From Candidatus Poribacteria bacterium (GTDB lineage: Bacteria; Poribacteria; WGA-4E; WGA-3G): a stretch of 64,000 bases of DNA. Position 1 is the first letter of the stretch, and every line of letters begins with the position of its first letter. Shown here in pieces: positions 1-10,054 of this stretch. The stretch lies in the NCBI GenBank assembly GCA_022819945.1, contig JAJEGI010000103.1, positions 41,821-105,820 of the forward strand. Direction: 5' to 3'. The notes under the pieces were generated by a model. It ran no database searches. It worked only from the letters and a program-made list of their open reading frames with translations, and had not been told where the DNA came from. Position numbers and translations under genes: made by a program.

Positions 1-909
1 GACAACGGAGACACATGGCGCAGAGTAAGTAACGGACTCTTTCCGGAGGCTGATATTCGTGCTATAGCTGTCAATCCGAGTGACGCAGACACTGTCTATG
101 CAGGTACCGAAAACGGTATCTTCCGAACAAACAACGCCGCTGAATCGTGGCACCATCTTCCAAGCCCTTTAGATGGAAAAGAAGTATGGTCAATAGCGAT
201 TGATCCAAAAACACCCGATACGGTTTATGCCGGCACATGTCCTTCCGCACTTTTCAAATCTACCGATGCAGGCGATAATTGGAAGCAACTTGATGTTGAT
301 TTAGCGCAAGAGTGCGAAGGTGTTCCTATTATCCCGCGCGTCACAACCTTTGTGATTGATCCCGAAGATTCACAAACGCTCTATGCTGGAATTGAAATTG
401 ATGGGATGCGCCTTAGCACTGATGGCGGTGAAACGTGGACCGAGCGCAGTGATGGACTTAGCAGCTTGGATATCCACGGGCTGTGTGTGGTTCCGGGTTC
501 CCCGAAAACAATCATCGCAGCGACGAACAACGATGTTTGTGTAACAACCGATATGGGACAGCAGTGGACACCGTTGAACGTTAAGTCACATTATCCATGG
601 CCCTATTGCCGTGCAGCGTTTTTTCTCAACGGGGATTCGGGCAGAGTGTTCATCGGTGCCGGGAATGGTCCGCCGGGTGACCAAGGCGGTATCTTCTCAA
701 CGCGTGATGCTGGAAAAACATGGGACCGCGCGGATATCGGTAGAACCGCGAATAGCACAATCTGGACCTTTGCCCATAATCCGAAGGTTAATAACCTCTT
801 AATTGCTTGTAGTGTGAGTGGACAACTTTACCGTAGTACAGACGCCGGTGATTCATGGACTAAACTGGAACATGAATTCGGAGAAGTTCGCGCTTTAGCT
901 ATCGGATAA
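1..909 (+). CDS. BNR/Asp-box repeat beta-propeller protein (sialidase/Ycf48-like fold), 5'-partial
   Basis: Frame 1 is open from base 1 (DNGDTWRRV...), so the listed ORF 352..909 is only the tail. Repeated Asp-box motifs: STDAGDNW, STDGGETW, TTDMGQQW, TRDAGKTW, STDAGDSW. Confidence 0.8.
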   Translation, partial: DNGDTWRRVSNGLFPEADIRAIAVNPSDADTVYAGTENGIFRTNNAAESWHHLPSPLDGKEVWSIAIDPKTPDTVYAGTCPSALFKSTDAGDNWKQLDVDLAQECEGVPIIPRVTTFVIDPEDSQTLYAGIEIDGMRLSTDGGETWTERSDGLSSLDIHGLCVVPGSPKTIIAATNNDVCVTTDMGQQWTPLNVKSHYPWPYCRAAFFLNGDSGRVFIGAGNGPPGDQGGIFSTRDAGKTWDRADIGRTANSTIWTFAHNPKVNNLLIACSVSGQLYRSTDAGDSWTKLEHEFGEVRALAIG

Positions 910-912
910 TAC

Positions 913-942
913 TTGACTTATTTCTGCAATTTGTGGTATGCT
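913..942 (+). promoter_or_regulatory. sigma-70-like promoter candidate (TTGACT-N18-TATGCT with upstream TG)
   Basis: TTGACT at 913-918 and TGgTATGCT ending at 942. It lies downstream of the stop at 909 and upstream of the lipoprotein gene. Confidence 0.3.
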
Positions 943-1187
943 GTTCGTAATTCAGCTTCCTTCCAATAGTTGGTAACGCGGTTCACAGTTAAAACTAACT
1001 GCAGTACAACCCTACACATAGGAAGCCTAAGCCTTTTGGTCTAAGATTCAGTTATTGATTTCCTCATAGGAGTGAGGGAAAGAATTTTCAGAAGCACGTA
1101 ATGTTGGAACTGGTGTCAATTTTCGAGTTCTCAACGGCAGAAAATTTGACGCTTAAGTTACCCCGAAAATATAGGAGGCATACTTCA

Positions 1188-1964
1188 GTGATACGTTTCT
1201 TTTCAACTCTACTCATACCACTTCTCTGCGTTGCGATTGTGGGTTGCCTTGGCCCAGATAACGACATTGACATCCCACCACCAATTAGTGATGCAAAGCG
1301 CATTGCTGTTGCTCGATTCCATGCTGAGGAAGGTGCGGCAGAAGAGGTAGACAAATTAGGCGGAAGAATCAGCGTGAACCTTGCAGATCGCTTGGCACTC
1401 ATATTCAAAGAGGCAGAGTGGGTTTACGACATTTCAAACAAAGTTAAACCGGTTGACGATGAACTCACAAAAATGGGATTAACATTAGCACAGGTATATG
1501 CAGACCCTGCTTTGGCAGCAAAACTCGGAGAGGCACTCCGTGTGGATATGGTTATCATCGGGATGGTTGAAAAACCAGATTTAACCCGGCGAGACTTTGA
1601 CCAACATCTTATGAAGCAAGGCAGACAAGGCGGAATTTCTGGTACATCCACCTATATTCGCACGCGCCTAACCGCTATTGGTCGTACCCGCGTCAAAGTT
1701 ATCGATACAAGCTCGGGGGAAATGATTTTTAATACCCGTATCCGGTCATACCTCAAGTATTGGTACGCCTATCAGACCCAGATGAGCGAACAGCAAATCT
1801 TTAAGACTGAGGTAGAAAGATACGCCGATTTAGGGAAATACCTCCCCCTCAGAATCGCTTATAAGCTCCATCCAACCGGTTTTAGGTTGGAAGAAGAAGA
1901 GAAAATTCTGCTTAAACCAGATATTGTACTAAAAGGAACAGGCGGTGTTGTTGAATTTAATTAA
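1188..1964 (+). CDS. lipoprotein, CsgG/LpoB-like
   Basis: GTG at 1188 follows AGGAGG (1174-1179). Lipobox LLCVAIVGC. The KRIAVARF...VDMVIIGMVEK pattern resembles CsgG/LpoB-type lipoproteins. The ORF-track start at 1101 is probably too far upstream. Confidence 0.55.
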   Translation: MIRFFSTLLIPLLCVAIVGCLGPDNDIDIPPPISDAKRIAVARFHAEEGAAEEVDKLGGRISVNLADRLALIFKEAEWVYDISNKVKPVDDELTKMGLTLAQVYADPALAAKLGEALRVDMVIIGMVEKPDLTRRDFDQHLMKQGRQGGISGTSTYIRTRLTAIGRTRVKVIDTSSGEMIFNTRIRSYLKYWYAYQTQMSEQQIFKTEVERYADLGKYLPLRIAYKLHPTGFRLEEEEKILLKPDIVLKGTGGVVEFN

Positions 1965-2007
1965 GGCGTATAGGCGCAACCTATAATTGAGCCAGTTATC
2001 TTAAAGC

Positions 2008-2036
2008 AATAGGCGCGGTTACAGACCGCGCCTATT
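2008..2036. terminator. bidirectional hairpin between convergent genes
   Basis: aataggcgcggt / accgcgcctatt inverted repeat followed by a T-run. It lies between stop 1964 (+) and stop 2037 (-). Confidence 0.55.
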
Positions 2037-2510
2037 TTATGATACAGCGAGATTCACGAAGTAATTTTCAAGTTGATGGGTGTACGCTTCACCGTACTTC
2101 AAAAGGTCGCAGGAAACATCATATAGTTCAGAAGCGGAAAGCTCTTGGTAGGGGTTAACGATGTTTTCGTAATAGTCTAATGCCTTTATGAAAAAATCCA
2201 ACGTCTTTTTATCGATGGCGTTGTTTTGATAGAGTGTAAGAAAACTGTGGTGTTTTTGCTGCGGCGGTGTCTGCTCCCGAAATTCTATGATAACATTATT
2301 AATATCCACGGCGCGTTGGATAATCATGAGGAAGCAGCTTTTAACATAAGAATGCGTGATCCGGTCCCCGTTGACGTACGCTTCTTGACTATCCGGCAGT
2401 CCGTTCTGCAATTGCTCAAAGCACTCGTTCATGGATTCTAACTTCGATTTCACCGGGTTGAATCGGCGGGATGCTAACTTCTTCGGAGTTTTTGTGTTCT
2501 TTTTTCCCAT
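2037..2510 (-). CDS. DUF86/HepT-like HEPN-fold protein with degenerate active-site motif
   Basis: IIQRAVDINNVIIEF ... ALDYYENIVNPY resembles the YutE/DUF86 layout, but the Rx4-6H motif is replaced by ENIVNP. Confidence 0.35.
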   Translation of the reverse strand: MGKKNTKTPKKLASRRFNPVKSKLESMNECFEQLQNGLPDSQEAYVNGDRITHSYVKSCFLMIIQRAVDINNVIIEFREQTPPQQKHHSFLTLYQNNAIDKKTLDFFIKALDYYENIVNPYQELSASELYDVSCDLLKYGEAYTHQLENYFVNLAVS

Positions 2511-2700
2511 TGTGTGTTCCTTTCCTTGGTTAATTTTTACGTTTTCGTGTTCTTCTCTATGCTTTTAGACGCTAATAAGTCGAAAAGGTTGCAATCCGCT
2601 TCTTTTTTTACGTCTCATTTAAATTTGGCATACCCCTTCCAAATATGCTAAAATTGGGGAGATATGAGCATAAAATTCAAACAGAAAAGTGAGGTAGACA

Positions 2701-3681
2701 GTGAAAGCGATTACCAGAACAGGTGACGGCGGACCGGAAGTGCTGCAATTAGGCGAAGCCCCCTCGCCGCAACCGACAGAAACACAACTTGTGGTAGATG
2801 TTCATGCCACTGCTTTAAATCGAGCCGACATGATTCAGCGGCGTGGCGGATATCCACCACCACCGGGTGAATCTGAGATACTCGGCTTAGAAATTGCTGG
2901 TACCGTTTCAGCGGTGGGGCGTGCTGTTAAAGGCGTAACAATAGGCGATCGCGTCTTTGGACTCGTCGGGGGTGGCGGTTACGCTGAACAAGCTGTTATT
3001 GATTACCGCATGGCGATGCCGATACCCGATGAATGGAGTTTTGAGCAGGCTGCAGCGGTCCCCGAGGTGTTTTTTACGGCAAACGAAAACATTTTCACTT
3101 TAGGCAAATTATCGGCTGGTGAGACAATCCTAATTCATGCAGGTGGGAGTGGTGTCGGCAGTGCCGGGGTCCAAATCTCTCATCATGCGGGTGCTGAGGT
3201 CTTTGTCACTGCCGGCACATCGGGAAAGATTGAAAAATGTAAGGCACTCGGCGCAATAGAAGGCATCAACTACAAAACAACTGACTTTGTTGCTGAAATT
3301 GCTCGTTTGACGGATAAACAAGGTGTTGATGTCGTTTTGGACTTTATCGGTGCTCCGTATCTTGAGCGGAACCTTTCCATACTCAAAACACAAGGTAGAC
3401 TCTTACAAGTCGGATTAATCGGCGGTTCAACTGCGGAAATTAATCTCGGAACAGTGATGCGCAACCGACTCAAGATTATCGGATCAGTCATGCGTCCACA
3501 ATCTATTGACGAAAAAATCGCTATCACGCAGCGTTTTGTGAGTCGGTGGTTACCAGAATTAAAACGCGGTACACTTCAACCTGTGATTGATACCGTTTTT
3601 CCCTTATCAGAAGCACAGCAAGCACATGAATATATGGAAGCGAACCGTAATTTCGGTAAAATCCTTTTGAAAGTGAGATAA
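2701..3681 (+). CDS. NAD(P)H:quinone oxidoreductase, MDR superfamily (PIG3/Qor-like)
   Basis: ALNRADMIQRRGGYPPPPG, LIHAGGSGVGSAGVQ (Rossmann motif) and the C-terminal NFGKILLKV are typical of zeta-crystallin/Qor proteins. GTG start follows GAGG. Confidence 0.85.
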   Translation: MKAITRTGDGGPEVLQLGEAPSPQPTETQLVVDVHATALNRADMIQRRGGYPPPPGESEILGLEIAGTVSAVGRAVKGVTIGDRVFGLVGGGGYAEQAVIDYRMAMPIPDEWSFEQAAAVPEVFFTANENIFTLGKLSAGETILIHAGGSGVGSAGVQISHHAGAEVFVTAGTSGKIEKCKALGAIEGINYKTTDFVAEIARLTDKQGVDVVLDFIGAPYLERNLSILKTQGRLLQVGLIGGSTAEINLGTVMRNRLKIIGSVMRPQSIDEKIAITQRFVSRWLPELKRGTLQPVIDTVFPLSEAQQAHEYMEANRNFGKILLKVR

Positions 3682-3808
3682 GAAAAAATGAAGAAATTAC
3701 ATCTCACAACACACATAGAAGTTAATACGCAAAATTTTCGCTCTCAAAACGACAACATCGCCTTTCAGGTTTGAGCAGTGGTGCTTGACAACCGATACCC
3801 CTTAAAAA

Positions 3809-6800
3809 ATGAAACTATTCTCAAAACAGACAAATAGAAAAGTACAATGGGTGCACACGAAATTGAGTCTTGGTGTTATACTAAGCATCCTTGTCCTTTC
3901 CTTTTTTCAATGGACTTTCAGTGCGTCTGCGCAAGTTACTCAGGTTACATCAACCGAAGGCATCACGCTTCAGTTCGTCTTACCTGACCTTACGTTCACT
4001 GAAATCATCCGAGACAACATCCGCTACCAAGATGTCCGTTACGCCGATTGTCAGTTCACTGGTGAACCCGGGAACCCGAAAGTTCCAGTCACACGCCTTA
4101 TGCTGGGGATACCCGCGACAGCAATAATTGAAGCAGTTGATGTTTCAGCGGCACCTGCCGAGACACGTGCGGGGGTGCGTCTTGCACCTGTTTCAGTTTT
4201 CGATGTGCGCGAAAACGATTCACAACATTCGGCGACACAACACTGGACGGAAAGTGGCAGCGCGTATCAGTCAAATGCGGGAAACTTTTCATATCCGGGG
4301 TTACCGATTGCGCGTATTGTACGTGAAGGTTATATTCGCAATCAACGTGTTATCGCTTTGGCACTATATCCTGTGCAGTATTTCCCCAAAAGTCGCCAGT
4401 TGCGCTTATATTCACGCTTCACAGTGAATATCCGTTTCTCTTATGGCAGTCGTCAGCAGTCAGTGGTGGGCAGTCCCTCAAGATCGGTGAGTGGCAATGA
4501 AATGCTGCTGAACAGCCGCATACCGATAGCCGAATCAGAGGCTTTTGAACGTGCTTTCTCACGCCAACTCCTTAATGCCGAACAAGCTGCGCATTTTCGT
4601 GCACCTCGTCCTCTTGTGCCTGCAGCACCAACACTTTCTACCAATATCGGCAATGTCACACGCTATAAATTGTTCGTTTGGGAAACGGGTATCTATGCGC
4701 TGACAGCAGAATCCCTGGCGCGCGATTGGGGTGTAGAACTCAACGGTACAAATCCAGCAAGACTCCGTGTAACGCAAGGGAACAGAGATGTTCCGATCTA
4801 CATCAGCGGCGCAGGGGATAGAAGTTTTGATCCGAAGGACGCAATATTTTTTCTTGGACATAAGCCAAAAAATCCTTATAGCCGTTGGAATATCTATTGG
4901 CTCACAGTCGATAACAATAATCGCATCCCAACGCGGGTACCACAGGTTACCGCCAGTCCAACGGACCCAACAGCGACACAGGTTCCCACTTTTCGTTCTA
5001 AGGTGAACTTTGAAGAGGACTACCTAACAAATAACCTCGAATTTGTCTATAGCGACGATAAACACAAGTGGTTTGCGGAAAATGATTTCTGGTACTGGGA
5101 CGGTATCAAGAATGGCGGCGATGCTGCCGAAATGCGGCTTGAGTTTCCGTTGTATGATGTCGCAAAAAGTTTCGATCCATCACATATCTCTGTCGATTTG
5201 CAAGGCGGCACACCGGTACCACATCACATTTTAGTCTCTGTCAACGGTGTACGCATTGAAGTAGCCGAGTGGGGGCATCAAGATACCCTCACTGTTGAAA
5301 GGTTCTTACGGACTTGGGACACACTCAAGGACAACACAAACGGAGAATTGAATGTTTTGTCTCTCGCACGCGTTGATGATAATGTTGACGAGGATACCAC
5401 CCGGTATCCGTATCACGTCTACCTCAACCGTTTTTCCGTTGAGTACACCCGTCTCTTCCGCGCCGTTGCGGATGAGTTGTGGTTCAAATCACCTACCGAA
5501 GATGATACTTCAGGCACACAGCCGGCAGGCGGACGGAAACTCCAGTACAAAATTGAGATGTTCCGCGACCCAGGTGTTCATATCTTTGAAACGGATGGCA
5601 CATACCTCACTGCTCGGATGCAGGGGGTTACTATAGAGTCTGATACAATACGTACAGATACATATAACGCACTTTTTCAGGTGCTTGATACCCGAAGTAC
5701 ACAGTTTATTGCAGTCTCGAATACCGCATTAAGGCAGCCTGAACGTATTGAAATCATTGAACCCACTGGTTTAGCGACGACAACGCAGGGTGCCGATTAT
5801 CTGATTGTGGCGCATCCCAAATTCCTTGCTTCAGCACAAAGATTAGCTGAATGGCGTGCAACGTCTGGAGGCGGCGGATATCGAACAAAAGTTGTAACGA
5901 CTGATGATATCTACAACACTTACGGTGATGGAGGGGTCAGCCCAAAAGCAATCAAAGATTTTCTAACACACGCCTATCAATCTTGGACACCACCCGCACT
6001 CAGTTACGTTGTTCTCTTCGGCGATGGCACCTACGACTTTCGCGGTGTTGATACAGAAGTTTACGCTGAACCCCCGGAACTTGATGGTTACATCCCGACA
6101 CACTACATCCGAACCGATTCCTTCGGGCGAACTGCATCAGATCACTGGTACGCTACCGTATCAGGACACGATGAATTCACTGATTTCTATATCGGTAGGC
6201 TCAGTGTTGAAACCGTCGATCAAGCCGATATTATTGTTGATAAGATCGTAAATTATGAACAGTCCCCTCCGAACGGGGACTGGCGGCGGCGGATCATCTC
6301 TGTTGCTGATGATGAAGTCAGTAACTCCGGAGATTTCATCTTCAAGAAGAGCCTTGATGAGATCGCAAAGGACCACACCCGTTTAGGCTATGAAACCGTC
6401 GAAATCTTCCTTGAGGATATCACTGACGAGGTTGAGGCAAAGCCTGAAGACTATCCAGGTGTTTTGCCGCAACGCGTCGCAAAAGATAAAATTATCGAGT
6501 CCCTCGGCGCGGGAGCTGTAATTGCCCAATACGCAGGACACGGCGGCAGAACTGTCTGGGCACACGAAATCATCTTCGACAACGTATCAGTTGATCAGGT
6601 CAGCGAGACAAATAAGATTCCGTTCATGTTGGTACTTAGTTGTTACAACGGCTACTTTGATCAGCCCGGCGAACCGAGTATGGCCGAGAAATTGTTACGC
6701 AAGGAGAGAGGCGGCATCATCGGTATGTTGAGTGCCACCCGCCTCACTTACGGCAGCGGAAATGATGCACTCAACCGTATCATCTTTGATATGCTCTTCA

Positions 6801-9800
6801 AACGCAATGTCCGACAACTCGGGCCTTTGAGCTTTGATTCAAAGGTTGAACTTCTCATAACAGAAGGCACAAGTCAAATTGATGTGATGATGGAGTATAC
6901 GCTTTTTGGGGATCCCGCTTTACAGCTTGCTATTGCTGATGGCGAAATTCAACCGACCATTGAGACAAAGACGGTTGCCCCAGGAGATACGCTCCGAATA
7001 GCACCGGGGCACATTCAGACTGCTACTTATGACCCGGTCAGTCGGACGAAACGCTTCGCTAAAGATACCGGTTTTAACGGCACGCTTACTGTCAAAGCAC
7101 TATTTCCAGGTAAAACGGCTGTCTCTCAAGGTGTCGCCGGCCCCGTTGAATACTACACCGGTGATGTCCCTTTGACCAAAACGCTTACTGTTAGCCAAGG
7201 TGCCTATCCAGCTGTGACGTTCACGGTTCCACGGAATATTGCAAGTGGCGATGCACACGTTGAGTACTATGCACAAAGCAACACAACTGTTGCCGTTGGT
7301 GGCGACGGTTTTACCGTCAATGTCCCGAAAATTCTTGATATCCGTCCCGAATTAGTCGGCGAAGATAAGTTTCAAATCTCTGTTCAGATTTCTGATGAAA
7401 AGGAGCAATCGCTCCTTGTCGTCATGGAGTGGCGCAATTTAGAAACACGCCAATGGGAGACGGTCCATCTCATCCAAGGATCCCGACCCGTTAGCGCGGA
7501 AGGGACAAGTAAAGATGGATGGTGGACAACGCCTGAACCGCTAAGCGCGCCTACAGACGGTTCCCTTGTACGATATGAAATTACGGTTACAGATTCAGAT
7601 GGCAATATAACTAAAAGTGATCGCCTTGAGTATTATCCTTACATCTATCCGAACCTCTCCGTTGTCGAAGTAGGGAGAGCCGATATGATAGGTTACGGCT
7701 ACAATTCGCAAGTGAAACAGTGGTATCTATCCGCTGATGTTCAGGTAGAGGGGGGGAAAATAAAAACACCTGTTGATGTCTCTTTTTTTAGCGGCAATCC
7801 TGATACTGACGAAGATATGATCGTTGATAGCGATGTCAAATTTCTCGGAACCGCTCGGATTCGACCCGAAGACTGGATACAACGCACGCCGCTTGTAGGG
7901 GCTGGGTTACCCAACGAAGAGGCACCTTCACGGAAAGATGTCTATGAACCCGATCCCCTGAATATTTTGCCCATTGCAACTGCAACTTTAAATCTGAAAA
8001 ATCAACTGCCTTTCGGGACACACGACATATTTGTTTATGTCGATGTAACAGAAACTGAAACGGATCAATTCGGTAATATTCTTGAAAATGATGAAGCGGA
8101 TAATATCGCCTATCGTCGAATCTCTGTTGATATGGGTATGATCGGATCCACTTCAAGTCAAGTTATCAGTTTGGACAGAAACTGCGTTGTCACGGCACCT
8201 CCTGGGGCACTTCAGGATACAGCAGTGCTTTCAATTCGTGCGTTAGATGAACAGGCATTCGCAGCTATAGGAACGGGGGACACTGGAACGGCTACAAAAC
8301 CTATAGCTACAAGCACAATTACAGATATGTCCGGGCGCACGCTACTGCCGGGGCGGACCGTATACGGTTACGAAATAGTGCTGAATAAGCGTTTCTTAGC
8401 TGAAAGCCAAGAACCGACAGACGATAGCCGTGTTCAGTTGGCATCTCCTGTGGCAATTGACTTAAGTTTCGACTTCGGCGCCCTCAGAACACAACTCGCT
8501 GAAGAGTTATTGGGCAGTTCAGAGGAAGTGACAGATGGATTAGATGTCGCAGACACGATTGATACAGCGGTTGTAACTCGCGCGCGTGAAATGGGGATCT
8601 ACATGTTCAGTCCAATCCTCGGATATTGGACAAGGCTCCCCTCGCAGCAGCTGACCAATGCCACGGGCGCGTTACAAGAGCGCATGCATGTAACAAATGT
8701 GACTGATGAAAATGTTGGAGGCGGGCGACTCAACGATGTTAGTATCCAACCTGAAGGCATACCAACCGGCAAATATGTCCTCTTTTTCACAGGACCTCGA
8801 ACCTATCGGGTCTTCTTCGCACCCTTCGTAGCGGAGTCACAAGAACTTGATGCCTTGGAAGTTATTTCATCGGCAGAGCAGCTCGCAAGTTTCAGTATAG
8901 ACTACCCGAACTTTACACATGGGTTTGCTTTGAACTTGGAACAGGATTTTGAGCAACCTTTCAGGTTCGGAGATGTTTGGGCATTCAACATAACTGCGAT
9001 CAACCAACCCGTGGAGGTCCAGACAAACGTTGAAGATCTGCTCCAACAAGAACTGCATTGGTACGCTTCTGGATTCAGAGACACCAATCGAGGCACCGGT
9101 ACCATCAGTTATATTGAACTTCCAGCAGATACGACTATACCTGAAGATCGATGGACTATCTTTTTCATGACGCATACCGAATTTCGGGTTGAAGGTGAGA
9201 AAACAGGGATTTTGCGTTCTCAAACGGATGGTACGCCGCTCCACGGAACAATTGGGCAACCGTTCTTCCACGAACGCTACGGTTTACGGTTTCAACTTAC
9301 ACAAGGGGAAGACCCTTTCACCCCTGGTGATAGATTCCGCTTTGAAACTCGATCTATTGGTATCATTCGGGCAACAACGGATCGACTCGGACCGATTACG
9401 CTCATGTACAGTGACGATACCGTGCCACCAGACATCCAACTCACCATCGGTAACCAGCAACATTTTGTGCCGGGCGATGCGACAGACCCTGAACCCCTCA
9501 TCGGCGCGACGTTAACCGATCCGAGTGGGCTTGATTATCTCACCCGACCGATACTTTTAGAACTTGGAAGGGTATCAGGCGAATACGAACCTATTGATCC
9601 AGAGATGTATCAATTAACACATAACCCAGGTTCAAACCAACTCGTTTTAACGTATCCTTCTCCTGAGCTTGAACCACGAGAGTACGAACTTCGACTCACG
9701 GCAAGCGATGTGCATGGAAATACCGACACAAAACGTACTACATTTCGGGTCCACGACAACTTGCAGCTGCTATCGTTTCTGAACTATCCGAATCCGTTTC

Positions 9801-10054
9801 CGCGTAAAACCACCCTCACGTGTGAATTAACAGCACCCGCTGACGCAATTAATGTGAAAATCTATACGCTGAGTGGCAGGTTGGTTCGAGAACTCTCTAT
9901 GCCACCAACGCCCGGGTTCTTGATGGTGGAATGGGATGGTAGGGATGCTGAAGGGGTCGAAGTCGCGAATGGTGTTTACTACGCTAAACTCAAAATCCAG
10001 CGTGAAGGTGAAAAAGACATTACTGAGATACTCAAAATGATGAAGTTGCGGTAA
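3809..10054 (+). CDS. very large secreted peptidase C25 (gingipain-like) protein with T9SS/FlgD-like C-terminal sorting domain
   Basis: Signal peptide. C25 His/Cys dyad context: QYAGHGGRTVW (His codon 6539-6541) and LVLSCYNGYF (Cys codon 6641-6643). C-terminus NYPNPFPRKTTL...IYTLSGRLV...WDGRDAEGVEVANGVYYAKL is typical of the type A sorting domain. Confidence 0.85.
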   Translation: MKLFSKQTNRKVQWVHTKLSLGVILSILVLSFFQWTFSASAQVTQVTSTEGITLQFVLPDLTFTEIIRDNIRYQDVRYADCQFTGEPGNPKVPVTRLMLGIPATAIIEAVDVSAAPAETRAGVRLAPVSVFDVRENDSQHSATQHWTESGSAYQSNAGNFSYPGLPIARIVREGYIRNQRVIALALYPVQYFPKSRQLRLYSRFTVNIRFSYGSRQQSVVGSPSRSVSGNEMLLNSRIPIAESEAFERAFSRQLLNAEQAAHFRAPRPLVPAAPTLSTNIGNVTRYKLFVWETGIYALTAESLARDWGVELNGTNPARLRVTQGNRDVPIYISGAGDRSFDPKDAIFFLGHKPKNPYSRWNIYWLTVDNNNRIPTRVPQVTASPTDPTATQVPTFRSKVNFEEDYLTNNLEFVYSDDKHKWFAENDFWYWDGIKNGGDAAEMRLEFPLYDVAKSFDPSHISVDLQGGTPVPHHILVSVNGVRIEVAEWGHQDTLTVERFLRTWDTLKDNTNGELNVLSLARVDDNVDEDTTRYPYHVYLNRFSVEYTRLFRAVADELWFKSPTEDDTSGTQPAGGRKLQYKIEMFRDPGVHIFETDGTYLTARMQGVTIESDTIRTDTYNALFQVLDTRSTQFIAVSNTALRQPERIEIIEPTGLATTTQGADYLIVAHPKFLASAQRLAEWRATSGGGGYRTKVVTTDDIYNTYGDGGVSPKAIKDFLTHAYQSWTPPALSYVVLFGDGTYDFRGVDTEVYAEPPELDGYIPTHYIRTDSFGRTASDHWYATVSGHDEFTDFYIGRLSVETVDQADIIVDKIVNYEQSPPNGDWRRRIISVADDEVSNSGDFIFKKSLDEIAKDHTRLGYETVEIFLEDITDEVEAKPEDYPGVLPQRVAKDKIIESLGAGAVIAQYAGHGGRTVWAHEIIFDNVSVDQVSETNKIPFMLVLSCYNGYFDQPGEPSMAEKLLRKERGGIIGMLSATRLTYGSGNDALNRIIFDMLFKRNVRQLGPLSFDSKVELLITEGTSQIDVMMEYTLFGDPALQLAIADGEIQPTIETKTVAPGDTLRIAPGHIQTATYDPVSRTKRFAKDTGFNGTLTVKALFPGKTAVSQGVAGPVEYYTGDVPLTKTLTVSQGAYPAVTFTVPRNIASGDAHVEYYAQSNTTVAVGGDGFTVNVPKILDIRPELVGEDKFQISVQISDEKEQSLLVVMEWRNLETRQWETVHLIQGSRPVSAEGTSKDGWWTTPEPLSAPTDGSLVRYEITVTDSDGNITKSDRLEYYPYIYPNLSVVEVGRADMIGYGYNSQVKQWYLSADVQVEGGKIKTPVDVSFFSGNPDTDEDMIVDSDVKFLGTARIRPEDWIQRTPLVGAGLPNEEAPSRKDVYEPDPLNILPIATATLNLKNQLPFGTHDIFVYVDVTETETDQFGNILENDEADNIAYRRISVDMGMIGSTSSQVISLDRNCVVTAPPGALQDTAVLSIRALDEQAFAAIGTGDTGTATKPIATSTITDMSGRTLLPGRTVYGYEIVLNKRFLAESQEPTDDSRVQLASPVAIDLSFDFGALRTQLAEELLGSSEEVTDGLDVADTIDTAVVTRAREMGIYMFSPILGYWTRLPSQQLTNATGALQERMHVTNVTDENVGGGRLNDVSIQPEGIPTGKYVLFFTGPRTYRVFFAPFVAESQELDALEVISSAEQLASFSIDYPNFTHGFALNLEQDFEQPFRFGDVWAFNITAINQPVEVQTNVEDLLQQELHWYASGFRDTNRGTGTISYIELPADTTIPEDRWTIFFMTHTEFRVEGEKTGILRSQTDGTPLHGTIGQPFFHERYGLRFQLTQGEDPFTPGDRFRFETRSIGIIRATTDRLGPITLMYSDDTVPPDIQLTIGNQQHFVPGDATDPEPLIGATLTDPSGLDYLTRPILLELGRVSGEYEPIDPEMYQLTHNPGSNQLVLTYPSPELEPREYELRLTASDVHGNTDTKRTTFRVHDNLQLLSFLNYPNPFPRKTTLTCELTAPADAINVKIYTLSGRLVRELSMPPTPGFLMVEWDGRDAEGVEVANGVYYAKLKIQREGEKDITEILKMMKLR

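Noticed and set aside
1101-1187. Upstream ATG start for the lipoprotein gene, and likewise 44818..44892 for Rieske, 25871..25918 for the hydrolase and 49431..49490 for the orphan protein.
   Set aside because: In each case an internal start has a better RBS and/or places the signal, Tat or lipobox motif at the N-terminus and removes overlap with neighbours.
2588-2620. TGCAATCC...CGTC as a fourth copy of the ECF-type promoter motif.
   Set aside because: The spacer between AAT(C) and CGTC is only about 14 nt, versus 16-17 in the other three. The -35 differs (AAT rather than AAC).
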